Below, piece after piece: positions 1 through 9,933 of a stretch of DNA of 64,000 bases (positions within the stretch are counted from its first letter, which is position 1; the number at the start of each line of letters is the position of its first letter). The notes under the pieces were generated by a model. The model worked only from the letters and a program-made list of their open reading frames with translations, was not told the DNA's origin and searched no databases. Location of the stretch: assembly GCA_017847885.1 (NCBI GenBank), contig JAGAUA010000011.1, forward strand, positions 16,770 to 80,769, written 5' to 3'. The position numbers and the translations under genes are program-made. This DNA comes from Oscillospiraceae bacterium (GTDB lineage Bacteria > Bacillota > Clostridia > Oscillospirales > Ruminococcaceae).

Positions 1-1428
1 CTTGATATGCTTGTGCTGAACAACATGGTTGGCGACGCCACATACATGAAGGAGTACATCACCTTTGACATGATGAAGTCGGCAGGCATCGAAACGCCCT
101 ATTTCGGGTACTCAAGCGTTACGGTCAACGGCGAGGACTGGGGCTTTTACTTTGCTTTGGAAGCTTATGACGACAGCTACAAGCAGAGGGTCTCCGGGGA
201 CGACAGCGGAGAGCTTTACAACGTGAAATCGTCTTTGGAAATGGGCGGCGCGGATATGAAAAATGCCGAACGGGGCGAAAAGCCTTCACGGGGCGATAAC
301 TCCGAAAAGCCCGATTTTTCCGAAAACACGGACAGAAAAAGCTTCCGCGGCATGGACGGCGGCGGTGGCATGGGCGGCGGCGGTATGGGTGCTTCCCAAA
401 GCGGCGGCAGCCTGCAATACACAAGCGACGACCCGTCGGATTACTCCGCAATTTTTGAAAACTCCGAAAACGGCAGCACCGAGAAGGACTACCAAAAGGT
501 AATTGCGGCGCTGAAAGCCCTTGACAGCGGCGAAAATATCGAGAAATATTTTGACGTCGACGAGATACTCCGCTATCTTGCGGTGCATACGGCGGTGGTC
601 AATCTGGACAGCTATTCCTCGGGCATGGCGCAGAATTACTACATTTACGAGTATGACGGCGTGCTTCAGATTTTGCCGTGGGATTACAACTACGCGTGGG
701 GCGGCTTTCAGAGCGGCAGTTCCTCCGACGTGGTGAATTTCCCCGTGGATACTCCCGTAAGCGGCGTTGAAATGTCGGAAAAACCGCTTATTTCCAAGTT
801 TTTTGAAAATGAAGAATATCTTGATATGTACCATACCTATCTGCGCGAGCTGGTGGACGGCTACTTTGCAGACGGTGCATTTGCGCAAAAAATCAACGAA
901 CTTGACTCCCTTATCGGGGAGTACGTGAAAAACGATGTTTCCGCGTTCTACACCTATGACGAGTATCAGAAAGCAATCGAGGCGTTCAAGCTTCTTGGCA
1001 ATCTCAGAGCGGAAAGCATCAGCGGTCAGCTTGACGGCACCGTTCCGAGTACAACCGACGGGCAAAAAGCAGAGCAGGGCAAGCTTATCGACGCTTCCGC
1101 GGTAGACCTAAGGGATTTGGGCTCGGGCGGAATGGGTGACAAGGGCGGCACGAATTTCCCACAAATGGGCGGTATGACCGATATGCCTACAGGCGGAAAT
1201 ATGCCGCAGAATGACGGTATGCCGAGTATGCCAACGGGCGGTGATATGCCGCAAAACGGCGGTATGCCGAGTATGCCGACAGACGGAAATATGCCGCAGG
1301 AGAACAACGCAAAAACCGATGCCCCAAACAGCTCCGAGGATAAAAGGAAGCTTCTTTATACGGCAGGGTCGGCAGCTTTGCTTGTTATTGCAAATATCGG
1401 CGCGGCACTTGTGAAAAGAAGATTCTGA
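1..1428 (+). CDS. CotH-family (spore-coat kinase-like) protein, 5' end off the window; low-complexity Gly/Met/Pro tail and C-terminal hydrophobic anchor
   Basis: The frame is open to base 1. Segments such as YMKEYITFDMMKSAGIETPYFGY and NYYIYEYDGVLQILPWDYNYAWGG match the CotH family as I remember it. The tail has GMPSMPTGG(N/D)MPQN repeats, then LLYTAGSAALLVIANIGAALV. Confidence 0.7.
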   Translation, partial: LDMLVLNNMVGDATYMKEYITFDMMKSAGIETPYFGYSSVTVNGEDWGFYFALEAYDDSYKQRVSGDDSGELYNVKSSLEMGGADMKNAERGEKPSRGDNSEKPDFSENTDRKSFRGMDGGGGMGGGGMGASQSGGSLQYTSDDPSDYSAIFENSENGSTEKDYQKVIAALKALDSGENIEKYFDVDEILRYLAVHTAVVNLDSYSSGMAQNYYIYEYDGVLQILPWDYNYAWGGFQSGSSSDVVNFPVDTPVSGVEMSEKPLISKFFENEEYLDMYHTYLRELVDGYFADGAFAQKINELDSLIGEYVKNDVSAFYTYDEYQKAIEAFKLLGNLRAESISGQLDGTVPSTTDGQKAEQGKLIDASAVDLRDLGSGGMGDKGGTNFPQMGGMTDMPTGGNMPQNDGMPSMPTGGDMPQNGGMPSMPTDGNMPQENNAKTDAPNSSEDKRKLLYTAGSAALLVIANIGAALVKRRF

Positions 1429-1481
1429 CGGTTGAAAAAATGCAGGGGCAGTGATATACTTTTATCAAGGGGGCGGTAAAA

Positions 1482-2189
1482 ATGTTCAGCGTTCTGGTCT
1501 GCGAGGACGACAGAAATATCAGGCGGCTTATGTGCGAGTATCTTTCACAGGACGGCTACACCGTTTTTGAGTGTGAAAACGGTGCACGCGCCCTTGACAT
1601 CATTGATGAAAGCCATATCGACCTGCTCATTACCGACATAATGATGCCCGAAATGGACGGCTTTGAGCTTTCGGAAACGCTGCGCGGCTCGGGATACGAA
1701 ATGCCTATCCTTATGATAACCGCAAGGGGCGGCATGGACGACAAAAAGGCAGGCTTCGGCTGTGGTGCGGACGACTACATGGTCAAGCCCATCGACATGG
1801 AGGAAATGCTGCTGCGTGCGGCGGCTCTTCTGCGGCGCGCAAAGGCTGTCAGCGACAAGAAAATAACAATAGGCGGCACGGTTCTTGACTACAACGATTT
1901 TTCCGTTGAGGGGCACGGCAAACGCACCGAGCTTCCCAACAAGGAGTTCCGCATACTGTTCAAGCTGCTTTCAAGCCGCAGCACTATATTCACCCGCACC
2001 CAGCTTATGGACGAAATATGGGGCTACGACAACGACAGCTCCGAGCGGACGGTTGATGTTCACATACGCAGGCTGCGCGAAAAGTTTGAGGATAACCCCG
2101 ATTTTGAGATAGTGACCGTAAAGGGTCTGGGGTACAAGGCGGTGCAGAAAACCCCCGAAAGGAGCGCTTCCGATGAAAGACAGGCTTAA
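1482..2189 (+). CDS. OmpR/PhoB-family response regulator
   Basis: Receiver domain (VCEDD, DLLITDIMMPEMDG, MVKP) plus winged-helix output (RTVDVHIRRLREK, GLGYK). Confidence 0.9.
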   Translation: MFSVLVCEDDRNIRRLMCEYLSQDGYTVFECENGARALDIIDESHIDLLITDIMMPEMDGFELSETLRGSGYEMPILMITARGGMDDKKAGFGCGADDYMVKPIDMEEMLLRAAALLRRAKAVSDKKITIGGTVLDYNDFSVEGHGKRTELPNKEFRILFKLLSSRSTIFTRTQLMDEIWGYDNDSSERTVDVHIRRLREKFEDNPDFEIVTVKGLGYKAVQKTPERSASDERQA

Positions 2190-3516
2190 ACGCTTTTTCG
2201 GGTCGATATACTTCCGCTTTCCTGCGGTTTTTATCTGTACATTCATGCTTTCGCTGCTTATCCCTGCCTTTGGAGCAAATGTTGCAAAAGCGCCGAAAAT
2301 TGAGAAAAATGCCAGACTTTCCATTGCCGAGCGTGCGGAAAACATTAAGCGGCTGACGGATAACCATGAGATGTCCGTTAATGAGGCTGCGGAGCTTTTT
2401 ATTGCAAAGGACGCGCATATCGAAATTTATGAGACTCTTTCCGACTGCGGAATAACGCTTACCGAAGAGGAAATGCGTATGCTGGCAAGCGGCAAAACGG
2501 TGCTTGCCCCTCCCGAAAAGGACAGGCAGGAGATGTTTGCCCTGTTTGAAACGGACGGAAAGTACGTGCTGATAAGGCAGGACAGGGAAAACGGTCCTAT
2601 GGGCGAGTTTATGAATATGCAGATATTCTATGTTGCGGTGCCGATGGCGCTTGGAATGGTGCTGATAATCCTTGCTTCCGTTACCGTTGCAAAGCCGATA
2701 AAGCAAATTTCACGGGCTTCCCAGCAGGTCGCAAAGGGCGATTTATCGGTACGGCTCACGCCCTCGGGCAGCGGCGAGATACGTGAGCTTGCGGAAAATT
2801 TCAACAGCATGGTACGGGGACTTTCCCAAAACGAATATCTCCACAAGGAGTTCGTCAGCAACGTATCCCACGAATTCGGCACGCCCATCACCTCTTTGAA
2901 GGGCTATGCAAAGCTGATGAAGCGCGACGACCTTTCCCCCGAAAAGCGCGCGGAGTATGCCGACATAATCATCAGCGAAAGCGAGCGGCTTTCAAGGCTT
3001 TCCTCTGACCTGCTGAAGCTTTCGGAGCTTGAAAACAAAGGCAGCCTTACTTCGCGGCAAAGCTTTTCCCTTGACGAGCAGCTTCGCTCGGTAATTATCC
3101 TGCTGCAAAACTCATGGGAAAGCAAGGCTCTTGACCTTGATGTGGAGCTTGACGAAACCGTGTTTTACGGCGATGAATCGCTGCTTTATCAGGTATGGGT
3201 GAACCTTGTTTCAAACGCTGTTCGGTATACCGAACGGGGCGGAAAGATACGCGTCGCGCTTGAAAAGGCGGAGGATGCAGTCACGGTTTCCGTCAGCGAC
3301 AACGGCAAGGGCTTGTCGGAGGAGGAAGCTGCAAACGTGTTTCGCAGATTTTACAAGGCGGACAAATCTCGCGGCTCACAGGGCACGGGGCTTGGGCTTT
3401 CCATTGCAAAGCGCATTGCCGAGCTTCACGGCGGCGATATTTCCGTATCGGGCGGAAAAGGCGTGGGGACGACATTTACGGTCACTCTGCCGGTTGTATT
3501 GCCCGACAAAATGTGA
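2173..3516 (+). CDS. Sensor histidine kinase (TM-HAMP-HisKA-HATPase)
   Basis: H-box SHEFGTPIT, N box NAVRYT, G boxes DNGKGL and GTGLGLSI. The start overlaps the response-regulator stop by 17 nt. Confidence 0.9.
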   Translation: MKDRLKRFFGSIYFRFPAVFICTFMLSLLIPAFGANVAKAPKIEKNARLSIAERAENIKRLTDNHEMSVNEAAELFIAKDAHIEIYETLSDCGITLTEEEMRMLASGKTVLAPPEKDRQEMFALFETDGKYVLIRQDRENGPMGEFMNMQIFYVAVPMALGMVLIILASVTVAKPIKQISRASQQVAKGDLSVRLTPSGSGEIRELAENFNSMVRGLSQNEYLHKEFVSNVSHEFGTPITSLKGYAKLMKRDDLSPEKRAEYADIIISESERLSRLSSDLLKLSELENKGSLTSRQSFSLDEQLRSVIILLQNSWESKALDLDVELDETVFYGDESLLYQVWVNLVSNAVRYTERGGKIRVALEKAEDAVTVSVSDNGKGLSEEEAANVFRRFYKADKSRGSQGTGLGLSIAKRIAELHGGDISVSGGKGVGTTFTVTLPVVLPDKM

Positions 3517-3520
3517 AAAA

Positions 3521-3552
3521 AGCAGGAGCGGAAAACCGTTCCTGCTTTTATT
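3521..3552. terminator. Bidirectional hairpin terminator between the kinase (+) and the EamA gene (-)
   Basis: AGCAGGAGCGG-aaaa-CCGTTCCTGCT, with A-run and T-run flanks. Confidence 0.6.
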
Positions 3553-3558
3553 CATTTA

Positions 3559-3972
3559 TTACAGTATCATTATAAACGTTCCTGCCGCAATAAGCAGACA
3601 GCCGATTATCTTTTTCGCGTCGGGCGTTTCGTGAAGCACCAAAAACGCCAGCACAACGCTTATCACCACGCTTAGCTTGTCAATGGGAATGACCTTTGAC
3701 GCCTCACCCGTTTGCAGAGCCTTGTAATAGAATATCCAGCTAAGCCCCGTTGCAATTCCCGAAAGGATAAGGAATATCCAGCTTTTCGGTGCAATCTCAG
3801 ATATGCCGCTGTGCTTCCCCGTGAAGAAAACTATCCCCCATGACATTACCAGCACAACGATGGTGCGTATCGCCGTGGCAAGAGTGGAGTCTATCTTTTC
3901 AAGTCCGATTTTGGCAAGAATTGAAGTCAGCGCCGCGAAAACTGCGCTAAGTACCGCGTATAAAATCCACAT
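3559..3972 (-). CDS. Small single-domain EamA/DMT-family membrane transporter
   Basis: The hydrophobic repeat pattern is EamA-like (MWILYAVLSAVFAALTSILAKIGL...). I chose the internal Met at 3972 because the longer ORF would overlap the pheT 3' end. Confidence 0.7.
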   Translation of the reverse strand: MWILYAVLSAVFAALTSILAKIGLEKIDSTLATAIRTIVVLVMSWGIVFFTGKHSGISEIAPKSWIFLILSGIATGLSWIFYYKALQTGEASKVIPIDKLSVVISVVLAFLVLHETPDAKKIIGCLLIAAGTFIMIL

Positions 3973-4036
3973 AAAATCACCGCTTTTCAAAACAGCAAGG
4001 TCTCCGCCAAGACTGACCGACGGAGACCTTATTTTT

Positions 4037-6454
4037 TTACGCTCTAAGCTCTGTGCCAAGTGCAGCAAGCTCTTTCAGCACGCGCTTTACTGCCGCGTCA
4101 GCCTGCTCATCGGTGAGTGTGCCCTCATGGGAACGCATGGAGATAGCATATGCAACAGACTTCTTTCCTGCCGCTATCTGCTTGCCCTGATATACGTCGA
4201 ACAGGGTAACTGTCTCAAGGATATTTCCAACCGCCTTTTTGATTGCCTTTTCAAGCTCGGCAACGGGAAGGGACTCGTCACACACGATTGCAAGGTCACG
4301 GGTCGTTGCAGGGAACTTAGGCAGGGGCTTGTAGGTCTTTACCGCAGTTGCCATATCAAGAAGCTCGGTAACGTTCAGCTTTGCGGCATAAGCCTTTACG
4401 CCGATGCCGTAGTTTTCCAGAACCTCGGGGTGAAGCTCGCCCACAATACCGACAGCCTTGCCGTCCTTGGTGATAACGGCGCATCTGCCCGGGTGGAATG
4501 AGCTTGCCTCGGCAAATACGGCGGTATCGGTGCAGGCGGTGTACTCAAAATCCTCAACACCCACATTTTTCAGCATAGCGTCAACAATGCCCTTGATGTC
4601 GTAGAAATCGCAGTTTCCGCCGTACATACCAACACTGAGACGTACAGGCTCTTCGGGAAGCTCTTTGCCGCAGGGGAGATATTCGCTGCCTATCTCAAAC
4701 AGGCAGGCGGAAGCGTTTCTGTTGTTGTAGTTTCTTGCAAGCACCTCGCACATGGACGGGAGCAGAGTTGTTCTCATAACGGAGGTATCCTCGCCCAGAG
4801 GATTGGTGATAACCACAGTGTTTCTAAGCTTGCTGTCCTCGGGGAGACGAATTTTATCGAAGTACTTGGGGCTGATAAACGAGTATGTGGTTATCTCGTA
4901 CGCGCCCAAAGCAGTCATAGCGTTCATAATTCTGCGCTCAAACTTCTGCTTTTCGGTAAGCTCGGCAGCAGCAACACCACGGATAATCGTCTTAGGAATG
5001 TTGTTGTAGCCGTAAATTCTTGCAACTTCCTCCGCAATGTCAGCCTTGCACTCGATGTCGATACGGACAGAGGGTGCATAAGCCATACCGTTCTCGATTT
5101 TGAAATCAAGCTTTTCAAGGCAGGAACGCATAACGTCCTCGGAAATATCCGTGCCGAGGAAATTATTTATCCATGTGGGGTTGAACTCAACGCCCTTGGG
5201 AGTCTTGTCGGTGTAATCAGCGTCGATAATTGTATTTACAACCTCGCCGCAGCCCAGCATTTCAACCAGCTCAAACGCACGCATAAGCGCAGGGTAAGCG
5301 TTCTGTGCGTCAATGCCCTTTTCAAAGCGTGCGGAAGCGTCCGTTCTCATGCCGAGAGCCTTTGCTGTTGTGCGTACAGAAGCACCGTCAAAGCAAGCCG
5401 CCTCGAAAACAACATCAACGGTGTCGTCCATGATTCCGCTGTACTCGCCGCCCATTACGCCTGCAACCGCAACAGGCTTTTCAGCGTCTGCGATAACAAG
5501 CATTTTTTCGGTAAGAGTTCTCTCAACTCCGTCAAGAGTTGTGATTGTTTCGCCCTGCTTTGCGTTGCGGATATTAATCTCGTTGCCCTTGATATAGCGG
5601 ATATCGAAAGCGTGCATGGGGTGACCGTATTCAAGCATTACATAGTTTGTGATGTCGACAAAGTTGTTGATTGGGCGCACACCGCTTGCACGGAGACGTT
5701 CTCTCATCCAGCGGGGAGACGGACCAATTTTAACGTTCTTTACAACGCCTGCGATGTATCTGGGGCAAAGCTCCTTGTTGTGAATTTCGACTTTCAGCAT
5801 GGAGTTGATGTCGCCCTCCACGCCCTTGTATTCGGGAGTTTTCACGGTGTAGGGTCTGTCAAAGGTAGCGTGGGTCTCTCTTGCAAGACCGATAACGGAA
5901 AGGCAGTCGGGACGGTTTGAGGTAATCTCAAACTCAACGGATGTATCGTTCAGACCGATAGCCTCGCGGATATCCATACCCAGTTCAAGCTGGGGGCAGC
6001 CCTCTTCCTGCTGCATAATGAAAATTCCGTCTGCAATTGCATAAGGGAAATCGTGTGTGGTAAGTCCAAGCTCGCCCAGAGAGCAGAGCATACCGTTAGA
6101 CTCAACGCCGCGGAGCTTGCCCTTCTTTATCTTTACGCCGCCGGGGAGAGTTGAGCCGTCCATTGCAACGGGAACGATATCTCCTGCCTTGACGTTTGAA
6201 GCGCCCGTAACTATCTGTATAGGCTCGCCGTTTCCTGCCTTGCCAACGTCAACCTGACACACTACAAGGTGGTCGGAGTTTTCGTGGGGAACAACGGAAA
6301 GAAGCTTGCCCACAACGACCTTGCTTATCTCCTCGCCCTCGGTCTCCCAGCGCTCAACCTTTGAGCCGCTTATGGTAAGTCCCGAGCAGAATTCTTTTAT
6401 TGAAAGGTCGGATACGTCAATATAATCCGACAGCCATCTCATTGATAAATCCAT
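4037..6454 (-). CDS. pheT: Phenylalanine--tRNA ligase beta subunit
   Basis: 805 aa with the characteristic N-terminal tRNA-binding region and B3/4, B5 and C-terminal FDX-ACB-like regions. It lies directly downstream of pheS. Confidence 0.97.
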   Translation of the reverse strand: MDLSMRWLSDYIDVSDLSIKEFCSGLTISGSKVERWETEGEEISKVVVGKLLSVVPHENSDHLVVCQVDVGKAGNGEPIQIVTGASNVKAGDIVPVAMDGSTLPGGVKIKKGKLRGVESNGMLCSLGELGLTTHDFPYAIADGIFIMQQEEGCPQLELGMDIREAIGLNDTSVEFEITSNRPDCLSVIGLARETHATFDRPYTVKTPEYKGVEGDINSMLKVEIHNKELCPRYIAGVVKNVKIGPSPRWMRERLRASGVRPINNFVDITNYVMLEYGHPMHAFDIRYIKGNEINIRNAKQGETITTLDGVERTLTEKMLVIADAEKPVAVAGVMGGEYSGIMDDTVDVVFEAACFDGASVRTTAKALGMRTDASARFEKGIDAQNAYPALMRAFELVEMLGCGEVVNTIIDADYTDKTPKGVEFNPTWINNFLGTDISEDVMRSCLEKLDFKIENGMAYAPSVRIDIECKADIAEEVARIYGYNNIPKTIIRGVAAAELTEKQKFERRIMNAMTALGAYEITTYSFISPKYFDKIRLPEDSKLRNTVVITNPLGEDTSVMRTTLLPSMCEVLARNYNNRNASACLFEIGSEYLPCGKELPEEPVRLSVGMYGGNCDFYDIKGIVDAMLKNVGVEDFEYTACTDTAVFAEASSFHPGRCAVITKDGKAVGIVGELHPEVLENYGIGVKAYAAKLNVTELLDMATAVKTYKPLPKFPATTRDLAIVCDESLPVAELEKAIKKAVGNILETVTLFDVYQGKQIAAGKKSVAYAISMRSHEGTLTDEQADAAVKRVLKELAALGTELRA

Positions 6455-6486
6455 TTTATTTCACCAACACTTTCTATTTATCTTAA

Positions 6487-7506
6487 TCAGAATTGTCCCA
6501 AAAATCTCATATCGTTCTCATAAAGCAGACGCATATCGTTTATCTCGTAGCGTCCCATTGTGATACGCTCAAGACCGATACCGAAAGCAAAGCCGCTGTA
6601 AACCTCGGGGTCAATGCCGCAGCCCTCAAGCACCTTGGGGTGTACCATACCTGCGCCCAGAAGTTCGATATAGCCCTCGTTCTTACACATGGGGCAGCCC
6701 TCGCCGTGACAGTTGAAGCACATTATATCAACCTCGGCAGACGGCTCGGTGTAGGGGAAGTGGTGGGGACGGAGACGGATTTTGCAGTCCTCGCCGTAAA
6801 GTCTCTGCATAAGCAGCTCCAGCGTGCCGCAAAGGTCGGCAAAGGTGATACCCTTGTCGATAACGAGACCCTCAATCTGGTGGAAAAGAGGAGAGTGTGT
6901 CGCGTCAACGGCGTCGGAACGGTAAACACGTCCCGGAGAGATAATTCTGATAGGAGGCTTCTTGTTCTCCATTGTACGTATCTGTACCGAGGAAGTCTGT
7001 GTTCTCAGCAGAACGTTTTCGCTGATGTAGAACGTATCCTGAGTATCTCTTGCAGGGTGGTGCTTGGGCATATTCAACGCCTCAAAGCAGTAGTGGTCTG
7101 TCTCGACCTCGGGACCTTCAACGACCTCAAAGCCCATGCCGAGGAAAACCTCCTTGACCTCGTTGAGGGTTACTGTCAGCGGATGAAGCTTACCCACGTT
7201 CTGCACCTTGCCGGGCAGGGTAACGTCGATAGTTTCCTCCTTGAGCTTCTTTGCCGCCATTTCGGTTTTGAGAGCCGCAGTTCTTGCTGCAAGCTTATCC
7301 TCGATATTTTTGCGCACCTCGTTTGCAAGCTGACCGATAACGGGTCTTTCCTCTGCGGAAAGTCCGCCCATCTGCTTCAAAATAGCGGTAAGCTCACCCT
7401 TTTTGCCGAGGTACTTTACACGGAGATTTTCAAGCGCGTCGGCAGCGCCGCATTCCGCCAGCTCCTTTTCGGCAAGCTGTCTGATTTTTTCAAGCTGTTC
7501 TTTCAT
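6487..7506 (-). CDS. pheS: Phenylalanine--tRNA ligase alpha subunit
   Basis: 339 aa. Class II motifs are present, for example [11 protein letters not shown] and [18 protein letters not shown]. Confidence 0.97.
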   Translation of the reverse strand: MKEQLEKIRQLAEKELAECGAADALENLRVKYLGKKGELTAILKQMGGLSAEERPVIGQLANEVRKNIEDKLAARTAALKTEMAAKKLKEETIDVTLPGKVQNVGKLHPLTVTLNEVKEVFLGMGFEVVEGPEVETDHYCFEALNMPKHHPARDTQDTFYISENVLLRTQTSSVQIRTMENKKPPIRIISPGRVYRSDAVDATHSPLFHQIEGLVIDKGITFADLCGTLELLMQRLYGEDCKIRLRPHHFPYTEPSAEVDIMCFNCHGEGCPMCKNEGYIELLGAGMVHPKVLEGCGIDPEVYSGFAFGIGLERITMGRYEINDMRLLYENDMRFLGQF

Positions 7507-7555
7507 TTAAAAACCAATCCTTTCTGTTCCCGTGACTTTTTCGGAAAATGTCATA

Positions 7556-7750
7556 CCAAACAAAAAGCCTTGTCCCGTTTTTCGGGACAAGGCAAACCTT
7601 GCTTATAACCACCCATTCAAAGGACAGACATCCTCCATGCCTTAACGCGGCAAAAACGTTTCCGCCTACCTGCAAAACGCCTCAGCAGAACCACTCGCGG
7701 GTGAAATTCGTCATGACGGGGTAAAAAGGAGCTTCCAGCAAATGCCCCTC
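7556..7750 (-). promoter_or_regulatory. T-box leader (Phe specifier) controlling pheST
   Basis: On the minus strand: candidate specifier UUC followed by A (plus 7703-7705); T-box core AAUGGGUGGUUAUAAGC (plus 7601-7617); terminator GCCUUGUCCCG-AAAAA-CGGGACAAGGC plus U-run (plus 7567-7593). Confidence 0.75.
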
Positions 7751-7966
7751 TCTCTGTATAAACCGTGTCCGTCTCTGCTACTTTGCCCGGTCGTAATGTT
7801 TCGGGAATTTATTTCATACCGATATCCGTTTTCAGCGGATATGAATATCACATTTATTATTATATACAATAACGTCACAAATTGCAAGCAAATTTTTATT
7901 GCAAAACTGTTTTTTTTGTGTTATAATATATTTTATACAAAAACCAATATTAATCAGGAGGAAAAA

Positions 7967-8515
7967 ATGGACATTTTTGTTGAACAAATCGTAAAAAAAG
8001 AAACGTCGGGTAAGGACTGGGCACTGAGAGTCCTTATCGGTATAGGCATAGGCGTGCTTTCGGCAGTATCGCTTTTCATTTTCTTTTTCATGCTGCCCAT
8101 ACCTATGGCAGGTCTTTTGCTTGTATGCGGAATATGCTTCGGCGGATACCACCTCATGACGGGTCTTGACTGCGAATATGAATACATCGTTACAAACGGC
8201 GAGATCGACTTTGACAAGATCGTTGCCAAAAGAAAGCGTTCCAGACTTATTACCGCCAAGGTCTCAACCTTTGAGGCTTTCGGCGAGTATACCGAAAACA
8301 CCCCTGCTCCGGGCAGCGGCGTTACAATAGTAAGCGCAGTAGGAATAAACGAATTCGGCGGCGATACCAAGCCTTACTATGCCGATTTCAGGCACGCTTC
8401 CGCAGGAAACGTCCGGGTGATATTCACCCCCGAGGAAAAGGTCATCGACGCGATAGTTCCGTTTCTTCCGAGACAGATAAAGGTCAAGCTTGACCTTAAC
8501 AAAAAGAATAGCTGA
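7967..8515 (+). CDS. Hypothetical membrane protein (two predicted TM helices)
   Basis: ATG at 7967 is preceded by AGGAGGAAAAA. The longer ORF from 7742 runs through an AT-rich promoter-like region. No family was recognised with confidence. Confidence 0.6.
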   Translation: MDIFVEQIVKKETSGKDWALRVLIGIGIGVLSAVSLFIFFFMLPIPMAGLLLVCGICFGGYHLMTGLDCEYEYIVTNGEIDFDKIVAKRKRSRLITAKVSTFEAFGEYTENTPAPGSGVTIVSAVGINEFGGDTKPYYADFRHASAGNVRVIFTPEEKVIDAIVPFLPRQIKVKLDLNKKNS

Positions 8516-8553
8516 TAAATTATACCGCACCGGAATTCATAGGAGGATCCATT

Positions 8554-8913
8554 ATGACAATAAGCAGTTACATTATAGAAATGCCGCGTTTCAGAAAGCT
8601 TGCCGCAAAGCCGAGATTTCTTGCAAAGTATTATTCGCCCCAAGAAATGAAATTCCTCATGGAAAAGCACTTCCCCGTATACGCCATAGCGGAAATGATG
8701 GCGGCAAAAGCAGCTTTTGTTAAAACAATGGGCGTAAGCGCCTCGGCAATAAGGATAAACGAGATTTCCGTGCTTACGGATTACAGCGGAGCATATTATA
8801 TCAGCCTTTCGGGAAAAGCGAAAAAGCTGTTTGCCATTAAAAAAAGCAAGATAGCAGTAAGCTGTACCCACACAAAGGGGCTTGCTCAGGCAACTATTCT
8901 TTTGTATGATTAA
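8554..8913 (+). CDS. AcpS-like 4'-phosphopantetheinyl transferase homolog with substituted catalytic residues
   Basis: It aligns by eye to B. subtilis AcpS (AAKAAFVKTMG vs AAKEAFSKAFG; VSCTHTK vs VSITHTK). The N-terminal GxD and the Glu of AKEA are absent. Confidence 0.65.
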   Translation: MTISSYIIEMPRFRKLAAKPRFLAKYYSPQEMKFLMEKHFPVYAIAEMMAAKAAFVKTMGVSASAIRINEISVLTDYSGAYYISLSGKAKKLFAIKKSKIAVSCTHTKGLAQATILLYD

Positions 8914-8922
8914 CGGACAAAA

Positions 8923-8966
8923 AATGCGTACCGAAAAAGGGACACCCCTTTTCGGTACGCATTTTC
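8923..8966. terminator. Bidirectional hairpin terminator
   Basis: GCGTACCGAAAAAGGG-acac-CCCTTTTCGGTACGC, flanked by A-run and T-run. It sits between convergent genes. Confidence 0.6.
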
Positions 8967-8986
8967 TTTTTATGTGACAGCTGTGC

Positions 8987-9667
8987 TTATCTTCCCGTGT
9001 CGGAAATTACCCGCCCATCGGCAATGCGGACAGTTCTTGCCGCCTGGGTTGCAACACTGTCATCGTGTGTGATTATCACCACAGTCTTTCCTTGGGCGTT
9101 AAGGTCGTACAGTATCCGCATGACCTCCGCGCCGCACCTGCTGTCAAGATTTCCCGTAGGCTCGTCCGCAAGGATTATCGGCGGCTCTGCGGCAATCGCC
9201 CGCGCAATCGCAACACGCTGCTGCTGTCCCCCCGACATCTGCCACGGGTGATGTCCAAGACGGTTTTTCAGCGACACCTTTTCCAGCGCATGGACTGCAA
9301 GCTCGCGGCGCATATTTGGGGATATGCCGCGGTATATCAGCGGAAGCTCAACGTTTTCCAGCGCCGTCAGCGAGGGAATGAGGTTGAAGCTTTGGAATAT
9401 AAAGCCTATCTCACGGTTGCGTATCCGTGAAAGCTGCCTGTCGGGTATATCGCTTACCCGTGTTCCGTCGAGGGTGTACTCCCCCTCGGTCTGAACATCA
9501 AGACAGCCCATAAGGTTCATCAGCGTGGATTTTCCCGACCCCGACGCACCTGCCACCGCAACAAATTCTCCGCGGCATATGCTGAGGGACACGCCGTCAA
9601 GGGCGGCGACCCTGTTTTCACCGCAGCCGTACAGCTTTTTCACGTTTTTCATCTCAATAAGCGGCAT
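8987..9667 (-). CDS. ABC transporter ATP-binding protein, MacB/LolD/FtsE-like
   Basis: Walker A GASGSGKST, signature MSGGQQQRVAIARA, Walker B ILADEPTGNLD. I chose the start at MPLIEMKNV (9667). Confidence 0.85.
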   Translation of the reverse strand: MPLIEMKNVKKLYGCGENRVAALDGVSLSICRGEFVAVAGASGSGKSTLMNLMGCLDVQTEGEYTLDGTRVSDIPDRQLSRIRNREIGFIFQSFNLIPSLTALENVELPLIYRGISPNMRRELAVHALEKVSLKNRLGHHPWQMSGGQQQRVAIARAIAAEPPIILADEPTGNLDSRCGAEVMRILYDLNAQGKTVVIITHDDSVATQAARTVRIADGRVISDTGR

Positions 9668-9787
9668 AATATCTATCCTTTCCCGACAAAGCTTTTCAAA
9701 GTTATTTTGCCCGTAATAATTGATATTAGCCATGATTTTTGAGAAAAACGGTTTTAAAAAAATTTAGTGAATATAGAATAGTTATTC

Positions 9788-9855
9788 GTAGGGGCGGCTA
9801 TCAGCTGCCCGTTATTTGTCGATATGTCACGGGCGGATAATATCCGCCCCTACAA
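9788..9855. repeat. REP-like GC-rich palindromic intergenic element (copy A)
   Basis: GTAGGGGCGGCTATCAGCTGCCCG...GGGCGGATAATATCCGCCCCTAC. Near-identical copies lie at 57327-57397 and 58643-58667. Confidence 0.8.
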
Positions 9856-9933
9856 TATTTGCTCCGTTCAAAACAGCCTATCGGCACGTTTTTGACACGA
9901 TAACTTTGTTTAAGTGGGATAGAACTCAAATCA

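Noticed and set aside
286-1065. 259-aa ORF antisense to the CotH-like gene
   Set aside because: It lies entirely inside a well-supported gene on the other strand. The composition is Arg/Ala/Val-rich, typical of the antisense frame of GC-rich coding DNA, and there is no RBS.
6493-7608. 371-aa ORF antisense to pheS
   Set aside because: It is a mirror frame of a highly conserved gene with no recognisable motifs. It also runs through the T-box terminator.
7742-7966. 75-codon N-terminal extension of the membrane protein ORF
   Set aside because: The extension runs through very AT-rich promoter-like DNA and has an implausible composition. A strong RBS (AGGAGG) precedes the internal ATG at 7967.
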